Source of the DNA: an uncultured bacterium
Lineage (GTDB): Bacteria > Patescibacteriota > Minisyncoccia > Phycocordibacterales > PALSA-1337
Reading direction: 5' to 3'
Length of the DNA: 64,000 bases
Assembly: GCA_903872035.1 (NCBI GenBank)
Contig: CAIQIZ010000021.1
Span: 18,157 to 82,156 of the forward strand
Position numbers and translations under genes: made by a program. Shown here one piece after another: positions 48,665-58,301 of the stretch. Position 1 is the first letter of the stretch. The number at the start of each line of letters is the position of its first letter. The notes under the pieces were generated by a model. The model was not told the DNA's origin. It did no database searches and worked only from the letters and a program-made list of their open reading frames with translations.

Positions 48665-49453
48665 CTACCTTATCTCGTAAGTGATATCCACTGTATCTGT
48701 GATCTTCTGTTCACCAGTCGCTATTTCTGGAGCGATCGCTTGGTTTGAAGCGGTGGAGTCCGCTTTCATCACGCCCAAACCATAGACCATAGGAGAAGGT
48801 CTATTGTTATTTTCTGAGAAACTGACGATCCGAACCAAGCTGACACCGAGCTGTTTGGCCAATTCATTGGCTTTGCTTTGTGCTTTGGAAATCGCTTCCG
48901 CTCGAGCTTCGGCATTGACACTGTCCGGATTATCAACAGAGAATGTTAGACCGTTAACATTTTGCACACCGAGTCCTCCAATAGTCGTGAACAGGGTTCC
49001 GGCTTTTGCTAGGTCGCGGATCTTCACTTGGACCGACTCGCTGACATCGTACCCGGTCAAAACAGATTTAGAGGGCGGACAACTATAAGTTGTGCAAACG
49101 CTATTTTGATATTCATAATGAGGATTGATCGAATACGAAGTCGTCTGAATATCTTTATCTGCTACTCCCCCATCCTTTACCGCCTTCATTGCGGCATTAA
49201 CTTTGGTAGTCATGGCTGCTTGAGCGAGAGCAACGGTCTTGGCCGTTTCAGTCACAGAAAATGAGAATGTTGCAATATCCGGAATGGCGACAGCATCTCC
49301 AGTTCCGGAAACGTTGATCGTATTGGTCATACTCGGATTGGCACCGACATATGAAATGGACTTAAGTTCTTTGATAGAAGCTACCGCCAGAAAAACGACC
49401 AGTAAAATAAATGCGGTTGTAACAGCGTTCCAAAACTTGGTTGGTATGTTCAT
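48665..49453 (-). CDS. SIMPL (DUF541) domain protein
   Basis: INVSGTG....PDIA, DIQT..YSINP.Y, AR.EAI..A..KA..LA..LGV.L. Confidence 0.9.
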   Translation of the reverse strand: MNIPTKFWNAVTTAFILLVVFLAVASIKELKSISYVGANPSMTNTINVSGTGDAVAIPDIATFSFSVTETAKTVALAQAAMTTKVNAAMKAVKDGGVADKDIQTTSYSINPHYEYQNSVCTTYSCPPSKSVLTGYDVSESVQVKIRDLAKAGTLFTTIGGLGVQNVNGLTFSVDNPDSVNAEARAEAISKAQSKANELAKQLGVSLVRIVSFSENNNRPSPMVYGLGVMKADSTASNQAIAPEIATGEQKITDTVDITYEIR

Positions 49454-49583
49454 GACAATTTATCTAATTAATTATTAATAGTTGTTAATTCTAATGATAA
49501 GGCCCTTGGGTCTCTTTGTAAAATACGAATCATGTCCTAATTTCGGCGCTCTGTCTGGTAATAGCTTCGCGGCCATAAGGCCG

Positions 49584-50453
49584 TCAAACTCTTCCCGTGC
49601 ACAGATCCACTAGATTCTCGAACAATGAATAGACGGTCATCGGCCCAACTCCCCCAGGCACCGGTGTTATGGCGGAGACCTTCTTTGCAACTTTCTTGAA
49701 ATCAACATCTCCGACCAAACGAGCACCTTCTATCTCATCATCCAATTTTTCACCAGTCACCTTATTTATTCCAACATCGACGATCACTTGGCCCTTTTTC
49801 ACATGCTTGGCGGTGATGAGCCCGGGTTTGCCGACTGCTACGATCACTATATCTGCTGATTTGGTCTCCTTGGCCAAGTCCTTGGTCTTGCTGTGACAGA
49901 CCGTGACTGTCGCTTCTTCATTCAAACACATTGTGATAACCGGTTTTCCCACCAACATGGACCGGCCGATGACCGTAACTTTCTTTCCAAATAATTCGAT
50001 CTTGTAGGCCTCCAACAGAGTACGTATCCCCCGTGCCGTCGCAGGCAAGATGGCATCTTCTCGACCTTCGTACCAACGCTTTACACTGAAAGCTGTCAAT
50101 GCATCGACATCTTTCTTTGGATCGATGGCGTTGATGATAGCGTCTCGATCAAGATGAATCGGCAATGGCAACTGCACAATGATGCCGTGAATACCCCCAT
50201 CAGCATTACATTCCTTGATGATATCGAGCAATTCGCCCTGCGAAATCGATTCAGTTGTTTGGATATGCTTCTCCTTTACACCGATCCTTTGAGCAAATCT
50301 CTTTTTAGCTCCTATAAAAGCAGTTGAATCCGGTCTATCGCCGACTTGAATGATAGCCAGCGTCGGCACATACGAAAGCGCCTTGACCCTCTCTACTAGT
50401 CCGGGGATGAGGGAATCACGAGTGGCCTTGCCGTCGAGAATTATAGTCTTCAT
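49584..50453 (-). CDS. folD: Methylenetetrahydrofolate dehydrogenase/cyclohydrolase
   Basis: GIIVQLPLP, KDVD, GRSMLVGKP, TPVPGGVGPMT. Confidence 0.96.
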   Translation of the reverse strand: MKTIILDGKATRDSLIPGLVERVKALSYVPTLAIIQVGDRPDSTAFIGAKKRFAQRIGVKEKHIQTTESISQGELLDIIKECNADGGIHGIIVQLPLPIHLDRDAIINAIDPKKDVDALTAFSVKRWYEGREDAILPATARGIRTLLEAYKIELFGKKVTVIGRSMLVGKPVITMCLNEEATVTVCHSKTKDLAKETKSADIVIVAVGKPGLITAKHVKKGQVIVDVGINKVTGEKLDDEIEGARLVGDVDFKKVAKKVSAITPVPGGVGPMTVYSLFENLVDLCTGRV

Positions 50454-50477
50454 AAAAATAGTCTAGCACACCTCATA

Positions 50478-51494
50478 TTACGCCGACCACCTGGCGAATA
50501 TTCCACAAGGCAACAAACGATGTTGTTGATAATTTACATGGGCGTCGTCCGGAACGGATCCGGTTTGCCGCTGGCCCACAACGCTCAAACCTGATCCGTT
50601 CCTCCCTCCTTCTTCAATAGCCAATTCTCCCATCTCAATCCTTCCCCCAAATTTCTCCACAAGCGGTTTCAAAATATTCTCATAAGCGACCGGGGAATAT
50701 CCCGAGGCATAGCCATTTATTATAAAGAATAACGGCTTGTCAGCGAGAATTTTTATACAATCATCGATAAGAGGTAGCAGGCTCTCTTCGATCTTCCATA
50801 ATTCATTGTCAGGACCATGACCGAAAGCAGGCGGGTCCATAATAATACCCGCGTACTTGCGACCACGTTTGACTTCACGCTTTACAAAAGTATGAGCATC
50901 GTCGAGGATCCAGCGAATCGGTTTCTTTTCCAATCCCGACAATTCAGCATTCTCTCGCGCCCATGAAATAGCGACTTTGGAACCATCGACGTGAACGACT
51001 TTGGCTCCAGCTTGAGCACAAGCCAGCGAAGCACCGCCTGTGTAGCCGAACAAATTAAGAATTTCAATTCCATCGACGTCGTCCGGAACGGCTCCGGTTC
51101 GCCGCTGGCCCACAGCGCTCTCACCGGACCCGTTCCTTCCTCCTTCCTCCTTCCTGCCTGCTTCAATGCAACTCCTCAACCATTCCCAATTCACAGCCTG
51201 CTCTGGAAAAAGTCCCACGTGCTTGAACGATGAAGGTCTGATCCAGAATTTCAATCCACCAAATGCGATCTGCCATTTGTCAGAAGTAGTCTTTCTCATA
51301 TTCCAGCTATTCGTAAATGCACCATCAGCTTTCTTCCATTCATCAGCCGACAATCTCTTGTGCCACAAAGCCTGTGGATCAGGTCGCGCCAAAGTGAACT
51401 GGCCGAAACGTTCCAGCTTCTCCCCTTCTCCAGAGTCGAGCAGCTCGTAATCCGGATTGGAATCTGTTATCTGAATATTTGAAATCTTGTTCAT
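50478..51494 (-). CDS. Class I SAM-dependent methyltransferase (RlmI/RlmK-like)
   Basis: YELLDSG..EKLERFG, HVGLFPEQ, LNLFGYTG, MDPPAFG. Confidence 0.88.
   Translation of the reverse strand: MNKISNIQITDSNPDYELLDSGEGEKLERFGQFTLARPDPQALWHKRLSADEWKKADGAFTNSWNMRKTTSDKWQIAFGGLKFWIRPSSFKHVGLFPEQAVNWEWLRSCIEAGRKEEGGRNGSGESAVGQRRTGAVPDDVDGIEILNLFGYTGGASLACAQAGAKVVHVDGSKVAISWARENAELSGLEKKPIRWILDDAHTFVKREVKRGRKYAGIIMDPPAFGHGPDNELWKIEESLLPLIDDCIKILADKPLFFIINGYASGYSPVAYENILKPLVEKFGGRIEMGELAIEEGGRNGSGLSVVGQRQTGSVPDDAHVNYQQHRLLPCGIFARWSA
50543..50615. repeat. Hairpin repeat family 1, in frame (copy 1 in the methyltransferase)
   Basis: Encodes EEGGRNGSGLSVVGQRQTGSVPDD. Confidence 0.85.
51077..51149. repeat. 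Hairpin repeat family 1, in frame (copy 2 in the methyltransferase)
   Basis: Encodes EEGGRNGSGESAVGQRRTGAVPDD. Confidence 0.85.
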
Positions 51495-51512
51495 TTTTCG
51501 TATGCGCACTTT

Positions 51513-51998
51513 CTAATTATTAATTTCCAGTTCTAAAGATTTCTCATATCTTTCAAATATGACCGCCGCTGAAATAAATAATAACGTTGAGGTAACGACT
51601 GATCCCATGCAATAGACACAATATGAATGGAGAATGAATACTTGCAAAAAGACGAACCAGAGCGAAGCCAAAAGACCAAGAATAGTCAGGAGCAACGTAA
51701 CTCGGAGCACTTCATGATTCTTGCTTTCCAAAAACGAGAACAACCCTATGGCAATGACCAGATAATAAATAGCGCCGAACAGAGCCACCGGAATGCCGTA
51801 CAAAGTGCTGAACACACTGGTAAGGACTTTCTCACAACCGCCGACTATGGAGCACGGCGGAATGACATTCTGGAAATGTTCGATCGTCAAATATGAAGCG
51901 TCAGCAAAACCGAGCAAGGCTATCACCAAGACGGCTATGATGACTTTATTGGGGACTGCTTGAAGCCGCCGCGTCAATAAGCGCTTTAAATTGATCAT
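51513..51998 (-). CDS. Vitamin K epoxide reductase (VKOR) family protein
   Basis: C.....C..VL.S, GIPVA..G, CVYC; adjacent to DsbA. Confidence 0.9.
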   Translation of the reverse strand: MINLKRLLTRRLQAVPNKVIIAVLVIALLGFADASYLTIEHFQNVIPPCSIVGGCEKVLTSVFSTLYGIPVALFGAIYYLVIAIGLFSFLESKNHEVLRVTLLLTILGLLASLWFVFLQVFILHSYCVYCMGSVVTSTLLFISAAVIFERYEKSLELEINN

Positions 51999-52596
51999 AG
52001 CTCTGGGGGTTAACTATCACTTTGCTATTGATAAAGAATGTAGGAGTTTGATCGATTCCGAGATGGATGCCTTCGTCCTGATCAGCGTTGACGATATCGC
52101 GGAGAGTGCTGGAGGCTAGATCGGCTTTGAATCTATTCACATCCAAACCGATCTTTGTCGCGTATCCGATGAATATCGGCGTCGGATCAGAGAGTTCCGT
52201 CCAATCAGCGTGGTTGCTAAAGAGCTGGTCAAACATAGGCCAGAACTTCCCTTGAACAGATGCTGCTTCGCTGGCCATAGCCGCCGGTACAGCGTTAGGA
52301 TGCTGAGTCAGAGGAAAATGGCGGTAGACCAAGCGCATGGTCGATGAAGACTCATCGTAGAGCCTCTTTACTATCGGATAGAAATTCTCGCAGGCCGGAC
52401 ATTGGAAATCGCTATATTCGACGAGGGTAACTGACGCATTCGCTGAACCAAGCACATGGTCAGCAGCCGCGACAGGAGCCGGTGCCGCCAAATTTAATGG
52501 CCGCGCGCCCTTATTCATAGCCACAATAAGACCCCATATAATGAGTGCCAACACGATAATAAAACATGTCCAAAAGAAAATGCGTTTTGTATTCAT
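51946..52596 (-). CDS. DsbA-family thioredoxin
   Basis: EYSDFQCPAC, RHFPL, QGKFW, TPTFFIN. Confidence 0.92.
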   Translation of the reverse strand: MNTKRIFFWTCFIIVLALIIWGLIVAMNKGARPLNLAAPAPVAAADHVLGSANASVTLVEYSDFQCPACENFYPIVKRLYDESSSTMRLVYRHFPLTQHPNAVPAAMASEAASVQGKFWPMFDQLFSNHADWTELSDPTPIFIGYATKIGLDVNRFKADLASSTLRDIVNADQDEGIHLGIDQTPTFFINSKVIVNPQSYDQFKALIDAAASSSPQ

Positions 52597-52617
52597 AGTA
52601 AAGTACAGTATATGAGC

Positions 52618-53364
52618 TTATAACCCCTGCGTCAACGAGACAATCTTGTATCCATGATGTTCAATTTCCGTGAATATTCCGTCAAGGATCGAGCCGGTAA
52701 TAGTGTCGCCTATATGCATCAAATAGATGTTCCCTGGCGCCAGATTGGACATGATATTATCGTGCACCTGTGCGGGCGTCTCTCCTGTTGGTTCCTCCCA
52801 GTCACGCGCATCAATAGTCCAATAGATTGATTCATACCCCGCCCGGAATGCCGCATTGAGAACTCTCTGATCCCTATCTCCATAAGGCGCTCGAAAGTAC
52901 GGATGAGGCGATGTGCTGGCGGTTTCCTCCAGAACCGCTTCGTTTTGTCCGAGCTCTTGCATGATCTGTTCGTCGGATAATAGCGGCAAATGAGGATGGT
53001 CATACGTATGGTTGAATATCTCGTTTCCCAGAGAAGCCATCTTCCTTACCAGTACAGGGTTTGCTTCGATGAATTTTCCAGTCAAGAAGAATGTTCCCTT
53101 CACATGATGCTTCGCAAGCACATCCAAGATCTGGTCGGCAGATTGGACACCATCACCACCATCAAATGTGAAGATAACCTGTTTTTTCGTCGTGTCACCA
53201 CGGACAATTTCCTTGTCTGATACAGGAAAGGCCGGCAGATTCGGTACTGTTATAACCGGCGGCACCGGCGGTCTATAGAACAATAAGGTTGGGCCGAAAA
53301 TGACCAAACATAAAAGAAGTAAGAAAATCCCCATCCTGACTTCAGTGGAATAGGTTGTCTCCAA
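52618..53364 (-). CDS. Polysaccharide deacetylase (NodB domain)
   Basis: TFDGG, NHTYDH, FRAPYG, DW, LMH. Confidence 0.9.
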   Translation of the reverse strand: METTYSTEVRMGIFLLLLCLVIFGPTLLFYRPPVPPVITVPNLPAFPVSDKEIVRGDTTKKQVIFTFDGGDGVQSADQILDVLAKHHVKGTFFLTGKFIEANPVLVRKMASLGNEIFNHTYDHPHLPLLSDEQIMQELGQNEAVLEETASTSPHPYFRAPYGDRDQRVLNAAFRAGYESIYWTIDARDWEEPTGETPAQVHDNIMSNLAPGNIYLMHIGDTITGSILDGIFTEIEHHGYKIVSLTQGL

Positions 53365-53478
53365 AGATTGGCCTATTGAATTATAGTGAATGTTATCGAT
53401 GTATATAGTATAGCAAAACAGGAGGTCAAGAGCCTTCGCCCTTATCCCCCCCGCTTTGAGCTGATTATTAATTGATCT

Positions 53479-54327
53479 CTAGAACCCAAAGAGGTGCTTA
53501 AAGAATTGCCCAATTGAGCCAAATACCCCACCGCCTTGTCCGCGGCTTTCACCGTTACCTGGCGTATTTCCAGAACCATTCCCTGTTATTGGATGCGCCG
53601 GCTGATCGATGACCGATGAAGCTACAACAGCCTGACCAGCCACTGTTCCCTGAACGACTACATAATCGCCGACCGTTATACCAGAGATCGTGCTAGCAAC
53701 ATTACCCTTGGCGACCGTTGCATTGGTCGCATCGATCGTATAGGTCACATTGCTCGAGGTAGTTATGGTCAGACTGTTGCCATTCACAGTCGCTACGGTT
53801 CCCGCAACCACCGGCTGACCATTACCCTTGATGATAGGGTTCTGTGTCGGTTGACCATTAGCGCCGGGCATTCTGGTTCCACCAGGTCCGACATATCCCG
53901 GTCCGCGCACCATAACCCCGTCACGGATAGATGTGGCAACCATATTCGTGCCTGTCACCGTACCCCTCACCGAGACCGTATCTCCGACGAGCACAACAGC
54001 GATCGTACTAGTCGCGTTATTCTTTACGACTGTCGCATTTGTCGCATTTACCGTATACGTGGTCGTAGCTTGATTCGCTCCCGGACCACGACCGTTAACG
54101 GTTAAAGTATACCCATTGACCGACACTACTGTGCCGAATATCCCCGGACGCATACCTTGACCACTCGCGCCACGATTACCCATCATTCCTGATCGTCCAT
54201 TAGCCCAACCATTGCCATTATTCCCGCCTGTAGGCGGATTCGTCTGTGCAAATGCCGGTATTGCCACAACTGAGAGCAAACCCAGCATGGCGACCATTCC
54301 TACCAAGTATTTATTTATGTTTTTCAT
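53479..54327 (-). CDS. Secreted protein with two OB-like (DUF5666-like) repeats
   Basis: Signal peptide; twice GTV.SVNG..LT...TYT..ATNATV...VGD.V.V.GTV. Confidence 0.7.
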   Translation of the reverse strand: MKNINKYLVGMVAMLGLLSVVAIPAFAQTNPPTGGNNGNGWANGRSGMMGNRGASGQGMRPGIFGTVVSVNGYTLTVNGRGPGANQATTTYTVNATNATVVKNNATSTIAVVLVGDTVSVRGTVTGTNMVATSIRDGVMVRGPGYVGPGGTRMPGANGQPTQNPIIKGNGQPVVAGTVATVNGNSLTITTSSNVTYTIDATNATVAKGNVASTISGITVGDYVVVQGTVAGQAVVASSVIDQPAHPITGNGSGNTPGNGESRGQGGGVFGSIGQFFKHLFGF

Positions 54328-54567
54328 GATTGTTTAAATTAGTAAACGCGATCAAGCTTAAATATTATTAGACTTATAATGTTGATTCTCGACTAAAGGA
54401 CTACGACATTTATCCTTGCATAGATCGCTGGATATCATACGTCTAACACCAGAATTTGGGTGCGCAAAAAAATCTCCCGCGGCATTAAACACAACAAAAA
54501 AGGCTAGTGAGATCATCACCAGCCCTGTCCCGCAACATATTGCATCTTGTCACGATCCTGGCTTCTT

Positions 54568-54867
54568 TTACGCTTTGTCGCCAGCTCCTTTGGCGAAAAA
54601 CTTAAGAAAACAGACCAGGATAACGAAGGCAGCGACCAAGCCGATCGCTCCGGACCACCCCAGGAAACCGTACAAGGCTACGGCGTGAATCTTCGATGCC
54701 TCGGTGTTGAAGACCAACAGGAAAACCAAAACCGACACTGCCACCGCTATCACACCGACCACGATTCCCACCAGGGACTCTGTCAGAGTGAACGATGCTA
54801 TGACATTCCACTGATGCGTCTTCCAATCCTTGAAGTCGCTTTTCGCCAACGTAGGTTTTGTTGCCAT
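54568..54867 (-). CDS. Small membrane protein
   Basis: Two TM segments, upstream purine-rich tract, downstream hairpin. Confidence 0.55.
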   Translation of the reverse strand: MATKPTLAKSDFKDWKTHQWNVIASFTLTESLVGIVVGVIAVAVSVLVFLLVFNTEASKIHAVALYGFLGWSGAIGLVAAFVILVCFLKFFAKGAGDKA

Positions 54868-55001
54868 AAACTCTCTTTCTGTTCCCCTTTTGCAGAGGAT
54901 TTTGTTTGACTGCGAAAGTGCGACGCACTCTCTCTACTAATATTCAATACCCATTGAGGTCATTAGTCAAAGGGGGTTTTCCACTCCGTCTGGCCAGCGA
55001 A

Positions 55002-55340
55002 TCAGAGAGCGTCTTCCCCGACTTCTTCGGTGCGAACACGAATAGCTTCCTCGATGTTGGAGACAAAGATCTTTCCGTCACCGATCCTGCCAGTCCGAGC
55101 GGATTTGATTATGACCTTGATGACATCTTCCACCATACTGTCAGGAACGACTGTTTCAACCATAATCTTCGAAACCATGTCCGATGTTTCCGTCACTCCT
55201 CGGTAGAATTCCGACTGTCCGACTTGTTGTCCTAGACCCATGACTTCGGTCGTAGTCATACCACCGATACCGATCTCGACGAGCGCCTCTCTCACAGCTT
55301 CAAGCTTAAAAGGCTTGATGATCGCTTCGATCTTTTTCAT
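55002..55340 (-). CDS. glnB: Nitrogen regulatory protein P-II family
   Basis: MKKIEAIIKPFKL...TGRIGDGKIFV...IRVRT; 112 aa. Confidence 0.92.
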   Translation of the reverse strand: MKKIEAIIKPFKLEAVREALVEIGIGGMTTTEVMGLGQQVGQSEFYRGVTETSDMVSKIMVETVVPDSMVEDVIKVIIKSARTGRIGDGKIFVSNIEEAIRVRTEEVGEDAL

Positions 55341-55414
55341 TTGTTAAATATCTTTCTTGGTTTTACCGTTGTCCGATTCAAACACTACAATAAACTCCAG
55401 ACGAAGTCGAGATA

Positions 55415-55450
55415 CAAACAAACACGGCCAATCTTGACCGTGTTTGTTTT
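55415..55450. terminator. Bidirectional terminator
   Basis: aaacaaacacgg-ccaatcttga-ccgtgtttgttt. Confidence 0.7.
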
Positions 55451-55467
55451 AAAATCAATCCTAATAA

Positions 55468-56010
55468 CTAGGCGCTATAACCAACAGTCACACCAGCCTT
55501 GCCGCTCGAATTGAGCACGCTACCTCCATAAGTCCTAGTCGCTGGATTGTAGTACGTGCCATTTCCGTAGTAGTAGACCTGTTGTCCGCCTGACAGATTG
55601 TAATATCCCGCGGCGACATAAAAGGCTCCAGTATTGACCTGTATTCCTGTCTGGCTATAGAGGGCCGGCATCAGGACGATGTCTGACTCTTCATTCGGAG
55701 CAAATGCAACATAACCAAGCGAAACTCCAGCCGTACCATATTGATTGGTGATGCTTCCGCCATACATCCGGATAGAAGGATCATAGTAAGTGCCATTTCC
55801 GTAATATTCGATCTGATGTCCTCCTGCGGATGGTCCACCTCCCATGTAATAATAGCCTGCCACCAAGTAACCGCTGCTATTCACTTGGAACCCGTTCTGA
55901 TTGAAAAGTTGCGGCATCGTCGCAATAGTCGATGCGTGTACTAATGCTACCGCCCCTACGCCGCTAGCCACTACAAATGCTAATAGCACTACTGTTATAT
56001 ATTTTTTCAT
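55468..56010 (-). CDS. Secreted protein with duplicated Tyr/Gly-rich domain
   Basis: Signal peptide; twice MP.L..Q.G.QVN...AGYY...YYGNGTYY.P..R.YGGS...G.AGV..GY. Confidence 0.7.
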   Translation of the reverse strand: MKKYITVVLLAFVVASGVGAVALVHASTIATMPQLFNQNGFQVNSSGYLVAGYYYMGGGPSAGGHQIEYYGNGTYYDPSIRMYGGSITNQYGTAGVSLGYVAFAPNEESDIVLMPALYSQTGIQVNTGAFYVAAGYYNLSGGQQVYYYGNGTYYNPATRTYGGSVLNSSGKAGVTVGYSA

Positions 56011-56155
56011 GATTTATTTTAGTATTGAATTAATTTAGATTTATAATTTTATTTCTATTTCTGATGGCGTAAAGATTCGACTAGATATTGTCGGCCATGA
56101 TTTCTGTCTCCGAGTCTAGTGCCGTCTCGACGAGTGAAATATTACAGCGAAGCCA

Positions 56156-56704
56156 TCACGCCTTGCCTTTGAGCGCGCTAATCTCTTTCCCTAATTTCAA
56201 TATATACGTCTCCAATTTTTGTGTACGCTCCGTAAGCCTAATCTCGAAAGTGTTCGTATGCTCCGCCAGCTTCTCGGCCACCGAAACCATTTCGGTGATA
56301 TCTTCTATAGCCAACAGAATGATCGGCGGGAACGCTTCCGAACCTGGCCTATCTTGCACGTGGATCTGGCGAGCATTGAGGAGCATGACCTTCCTTCCGA
56401 TGAATGGGAATTCATGAGTGACTTCGAAACCCTTAAAAAAAGTATTCTTGGGCAAAATATCCTCCAAGAGCTTACGGAGGGCTGGTATATCCCATTGCCC
56501 ATTTCCCAACCTGTATACTATCTTTCCTTCAGTATCTTTTTCCTCGACTTGGAACATTCGATAGAAAGGCTCATTCGCCGCCATAACTCGCAAATCTTTA
56601 TCTAAAATTAGTATCGGTTCATGGACAACATCAACGACAGTCTTGATGTATGTCCAGCTATTCTCCCAAACTTGTTCGATCATGTTTATTTTGGTTGTGT
56701 CCAT
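56156..56704 (-). CDS. Stand-alone PAS domain protein
   Basis: EPILILDKDLRV..AN..FY..F, LGNGQWDIP.LR.LL, LLAIEDIT. Confidence 0.85.
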   Translation of the reverse strand: MDTTKINMIEQVWENSWTYIKTVVDVVHEPILILDKDLRVMAANEPFYRMFQVEEKDTEGKIVYRLGNGQWDIPALRKLLEDILPKNTFFKGFEVTHEFPFIGRKVMLLNARQIHVQDRPGSEAFPPIILLAIEDITEMVSVAEKLAEHTNTFEIRLTERTQKLETYILKLGKEISALKGKA

Positions 56705-56889
56705 ATAACACAAAGACGATGACCCGGTAATATCATTGCAATGCAACTATATTCCATAACATCTCGTACGATTAATGTAATCGCCGTTAAATTATTACAA
56801 CACAATTATGGCTTTAAATATACGTTATTCGATAGCGAATGTGCCATACTGTAATATTGTCCGCTTGGAACCGTCACCTATTATTTACT

Positions 56890-57429
56890 ATGACCAAACT
56901 CACCAAACTCCAACAAGCCCTAGAATCGACAAGGTTAACCGTGGCTCACCACGAGTTTGCCAAAAAGCTGACCGCTCACGCATTTTTCAAGACGCATGAC
57001 CGTCAGACTGGCGAGGATATGGTCCAGACCACTTTCATGAAGACTTGGAGGTATTTGGTCAAAGGTGGAAAGATAGATGTTATGAAAGCTTTCCTATATC
57101 ACATACTGAACAATCTGATCATCGACGAATACAGGAAACATAAAACAGCCTCCTTGGATTCGTTGGCAGAAAACGGATTCGACCCGGGTGACGACGATTC
57201 TGAACATATGATCCATACGCTCGACGGAAAAGCTATCGTCCTTTTGATACAAAGACTCCCTGAAATGTATCGCAAAATCATGCGCATGCGGTTCATCCAA
57301 GACCTATCGCTCCAAGAGATGTCGCTCATCACCGGACAAACCAGAAACACTATGGCTGTGCAGGTGCATCGCGGCATCGCCAAGCTGAAGATCCTATACG
57401 CCCTGCATCAGCCGATCATCCAATCCTGA
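56890..57429 (+). CDS. ECF RNA polymerase sigma factor
   Basis: EDMVQTTFMKTW, AFLYHI.NN.IIDEYRK, region 4 LSLQEMS...VHRG. Confidence 0.88.
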   Translation: MTKLTKLQQALESTRLTVAHHEFAKKLTAHAFFKTHDRQTGEDMVQTTFMKTWRYLVKGGKIDVMKAFLYHILNNLIIDEYRKHKTASLDSLAENGFDPGDDDSEHMIHTLDGKAIVLLIQRLPEMYRKIMRMRFIQDLSLQEMSLITGQTRNTMAVQVHRGIAKLKILYALHQPIIQS

Positions 57430-57644
57430 TCAGATCTTCTCACAATCACAATGCAGAATCCCGTCGGCCGAAGTATAGGTCTCGCAGACCAAGCTTGGCT
57501 GCGCCGGTTTTATTTGTTTGTCTTGTTCTGTTCTCATCAGTCTGGTGACGAGCATCACCTAGGATCATTACAACTTATGGATTGTAATGGCCATCTAAGT
57601 TAAACGGCAATGTTGTATAGCATTATTAAAATAACATAAATCCC

Positions 57645-57794
57645 ATGTTAACATTCATCGCTGTCGTCCTTATAGCTCTCTGGCTCCTTGGAGTGGTAAC
57701 CTCATATACGATCGGAGGTTTTATTCACGTGCTTCTAATTGTGGCAATAATAATGATCCTCGTCCGATTGATCAGAGGACAGCGGGTGCTCTAG
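57645..57794 (+). CDS. lmo0937-family small membrane protein (49 aa)
   Basis: Hand translation MLTFIAVVLIALWLLGVVTSYTIGGFIHVLLIVAIIMILVRLIRGQRVL; below the ORF-track cutoff. Confidence 0.85.
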   Translation: MLTFIAVVLIALWLLGVVTSYTIGGFIHVLLIVAIIMILVRLIRGQRVL

Positions 57795-57810
57795 AAGCGC
57801 TCCCTATTTG

Positions 57811-58257
57811 TTAGCGATAGTATCCTCCGTAACCGTAATTGGGATAATAGTTTGGACTGTAGCTGTAGTAATTATAAGAGTACCCAGGATTGTAATAAGT
57901 CGGTTGTGGATAATATCCTCCGGAATAATATTGGTTGTACCCATTGTAGTTATTGCAGCAATTGTTGTTGTATCCGTTGTTATAGTAATTTCCGTAGTTG
58001 TTCCCGCCACATCCGTAGTTGCAGCCATTGCTGTATCCATAATTTGAATAGCCATAATTCGGCTGATGGTAATAATTCGACTGGTCGTAATAGCCGTTAC
58101 TGTTGTAAGAGCTTCCTTGATTGTGATCGTAACCACCACCGTAGCCTCCATACTGCGCAAAGGCCTTGGAAGGTAGCAATAAAGAAACGCCCATAAACAT
58201 AGCTGCAACGCCAATAAATATTGATTTTTGAAGATTTGTTTGTTTCATAATGTTCAA
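57811..58257 (-). CDS. Secreted Tyr/Asn/Gly-rich low-complexity protein
   Basis: Signal peptide ending AFA, then Y/N/G repeats. Confidence 0.65.
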   Translation of the reverse strand: MNIMKQTNLQKSIFIGVAAMFMGVSLLLPSKAFAQYGGYGGGYDHNQGSSYNSNGYYDQSNYYHQPNYGYSNYGYSNGCNYGCGGNNYGNYYNNGYNNNCCNNYNGYNQYYSGGYYPQPTYYNPGYSYNYYSYSPNYYPNYGYGGYYR

Positions 58258-58301
58258 TAATACAACAATCGCTCATCGGTGTCAACACTACATGAACAAG
58301 T

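Noticed and set aside
57804-58214. Alternative-frame ORFs over the Y/N/G-rich gene
   Set aside because: Artefacts of low-complexity codons; only 57811-58257 has a signal peptide
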